NCBI GenBank assembly: GCA_907165135.1
Contig: OU015567.1
Coordinates: 8,742,001 to 8,806,000 of the forward strand
DNA from: Oikopleura dioica
Taxonomy: Eukaryota; Animalia; Chordata
Reading direction: 5' to 3'
Length of the DNA: 64,000 bases
Below are positions 61,368-64,000 of this stretch, in pieces (the first letter of the stretch is position 1; every line of letters starts with the position of its first letter). The notes below the pieces were generated by a model. It was not told the origin of the DNA. It made no database searches and saw only the letters and a list, made by a program, of their open reading frames with translations. The position numbers were made by a program, and so were the translations under genes.

Positions 61368-62951
61368 TTAACAGTCGATAGGAGTAAATTTCAATTGAAC
61401 GTTGTCGGGTGAAAGAAGCTGTCCCCATGTCTTTGGGCTTGGCTCGACTTCGCTGCCTGGCGCAATTTCAAACTTTCGGACGATCTGACTCGCAAAGGTG
61501 AAATATTCATCCCTAGCCAATCGGAGGCCAACGCAATTTCGGTTTCCAATTCCGAAGGCGCAGATTTTTGGATTGTGAACGAATCGACCGTTGTCATCCA
61601 AATGTCGAGTGTGGTCGAAAACTTCGGGACTTTTGAAGTTCTTGCCGCTGTGCATCACCGCTGTTAGAGAGCCGAGGACGAGAGCGCCTTTTGGAATCGT
61701 GACATTGTCGAGAGTGATGGTTTCTTTTGCCATGTGAGGGAGGGAATCGGTGACGACTCGATGTCGCTGGTTTTCGAGGAGGATGGCGCGAGTTTGGTGA
61801 CAGCTACCTCTGACGATTCGGCCGTACTTGGCAATAGAAGTGTTGATTTCATCTCGAATGATCGCCTGCAATTCTGGTCGCTTGCTCAACGTCAACAAGA
61901 GCCAGCAAAGGGTTACGGTCACGGAATCGCTAGAGGCAACGTAGAGAGAGACAACAGACATGGAAGCGGAGTAGAAGTTCATTTCTGATCGATTTTGAGA
62001 GCTTTCGATCATACTGTCGATGAAGTTTCGCGCCTGGCCGGGCATGAATGATTCTTTGTGAATCTGGATTTGTTGGAGAATGTAGGGAAGAAGGCCTTTT
62101 ACCAGGGCGTCGTTGAATCTTTTCTCACCAGGGTTGATCCAGTCGATCAGTCGAGACATGAAGGGGAGCTTGAGAATGCTCATTGGGAGGATGTAATGAA
62201 TCACTTTCGTCAAAACTCGATGCTGGACGTTTCCGAGGATCGTTTTGATGTTGTCAGCGAGAGATTCGAATTCAGGGTCGTTGATGTCAAGTCGTTTGCC
62301 AAGAGCGACTTCGGTCAAACTGTTCAAAGTGGCGTTCATGAAAAGAACTCGTGGATCAAAAGCTTTTCCATTTCCCTCGCCAGATTGAGCCAGAATAGCG
62401 CTGCAGAGATCATCCGCATTTATGCTGAGCATTTCTTCCATTTGCTCGCTGCCTTTGATGAAGGACTTGAAAAACCGCGACGAATGGATTTATGGAAGTC
62501 ATCGTAGTGGCCTGTAGAAAGACCTTCGGTTCCAGTATCGCCGTTTTTGAAGAAGGGGCAGTTTTCCCCGAGAATAGCTTTGGCGACCGCAGCCAGTCCT
62601 TGCTGGGCTCGCATGATGAGCGAAGCCTGGACGAGCTTTTTATTGACGAATCGGCTAGAGAGCTCGACTTTGTTGAATGCGTCTTTCATGATTTCATAGT
62701 CAGTGATGACATAAATGCCAAGATTGGATTTGTAGACTTTAGGAAGACGATTTGCAGCGGCTTCTTCCTTGATGTAAGCGAAGTTTTCGCTCTTTTTTGT
62801 CGGAAATTTTGGCTTGTAGCGTCTAAGATAGGGTTAGTCTTTGTTCGGAAATATGGATAAAGTACCTTTTTGTTGTTGCTCGCCATTTGTTGCAAACGTC
62901 TTTTATGATAAGTTCAAGGGAGGATTCGAGGAGATCGTTTAGGCAGATCAT
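61368..62951 (-). CDS. cytochrome P450 (CYP2-clan-like) with an apparent 1-nt frameshift; possible pseudogene
   Basis: Heme motif FGIGNRNCVG, K-helix ENQR, IPKG; intron ~62824-62865; frame break at the run 62470-62474. Confidence 0.85.
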
Positions 62952-62999
62952 TATTTTTTACTTTAGTTTTTTATTCTAGCTTCTTTTGCTGATGATTCT

Positions 63000-64000
63000 A
63001 CAACGCACCTCAGCCGGTTAAATACAACCATAAGCAGCGCCATCTCTATATCACCTGCCTCTTCCCATGATCTTCGGGAACATCCGATTCTTTATCAAAG
63101 AGTTGCTGTTTTTAAGTTTCAACTGTTCTCATGTACACTTGAGGGAGAGTGAACCTGAGAGTTCCTGCCTTACGTGCCAAGCAAACTTTTCACACTTTTA
63201 CAGCCAAGTGCTTGAATGAACCATTTGACTCAAGATGACTTTTTTATAAGTTTGCTGACACGTAAAGACCCTAGTTATCAATGAAAGCATACAAGAATAG
63301 GGTAGCACATTCAATTATTTGCAATCAAGGAAGAAACCTGAAAGTCTTCAATCTTCGTAATCATTATAGACGCTTATCATTTTATTCAGCTAAGAAATAA
63401 AACAAATAGACGGAAAACGACTTGGCGCGATGTTTATCTATTCCAGCTAACCATTTGAACTTTTTAGAATTCGTTCCCAGGGTTCATCGCGACTGCTTAT
63501 TTCGCCATCTTTTCGACTCCGAACATTTTCGCAATTTTCAATTGATGATTTCAATTATTGTTGATAATAGACAAGAGTTTATTGCGAACGCTCCTACCAT
63601 TACGGTGTCGGCAGATTCTTTTTCAGGGCACAAGTAAATAAATAAATATCTGCTAAACAGTGTCTTCAATGTTTTACATTTGTTTGCATTTGAAAACTTA
63701 ATCGAAACTAAGCATCTTCTGTTGAGCATTTTATATGGCTTCGATAATACCAAAGTTCTTCTAGGTAAGTTTCATATCCTAAAAATATTAAAATCAACAA
63801 TATTCCATAAATAGAAACCTTGTTCGAGCGATTTCCACCGCGCAGCCATGTAATTATTCTGAGTATTTCTTGGCGTGCAATTCGGTTTATGCAAAATCAT
63901 CGACTTCGAGCACCAGGCGATTCGTAAGTGCCCAATCGAGTCGACGAAAAATTCACGATGTCCTTTGTTTGTGAATTCAGGATCTAAAAATAACGATGAT
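63000..64000 (-). CDS. partial multi-exon hypothetical gene at the right edge, possibly degenerate
   Basis: Exon-like blocks DPEFTNKGHREFF...WKSLEQ, GYETYLEELWYYR and TLGTNSKKFKWLAGIDKH, with in-frame stops nearby. Confidence 0.3.

Overview
Very gene-dense animal genomic DNA, not prokaryotic. Introns are mostly 30-110 nt, some donors are non-canonical GA-AG, and genes are packed in operon-like co-oriented runs with splice acceptors just before start codons. These traits fit a larvacean tunicate such as Oikopleura dioica (inferred, not verified). The first ~5.9 kb holds + strand genes: the end of an ETS factor and a class B GPCR with two head-to-head tRNA-Pro genes in one intron. From ~5.9 kb to the end, about 28 genes lie on the - strand. 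They include a sulfotransferase, two C-type-lectin-like paralogues, a class A GPCR, an astacin, ORC4, CMTR2, RYBP/YAF2, CSN1, Pumilio, NPHP4, a kelch protein, copine, a RINGv protein, EB1, STRAD, U1-70K, a G-patch protein, uridine phosphorylase, GAL3ST, LGN/GPSM and a P450. The best leads are miniature transposons interacting with splicing. A ~375-bp TIR family with a CWWWG target has two copies, one of which landed in a Pumilio coding exon and would be removed as a new intron. A hAT MITE duplicated the STRAD splice donor. Other leads are tandem mutually exclusive exons in the EB1 CH domain, a 5'-splice-site cluster in the long U1-70K intron, and a CMTR2 reading frame interrupted by a same-strand small gene. 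All exon structures were deduced by eye and boundaries are approximate where stated.
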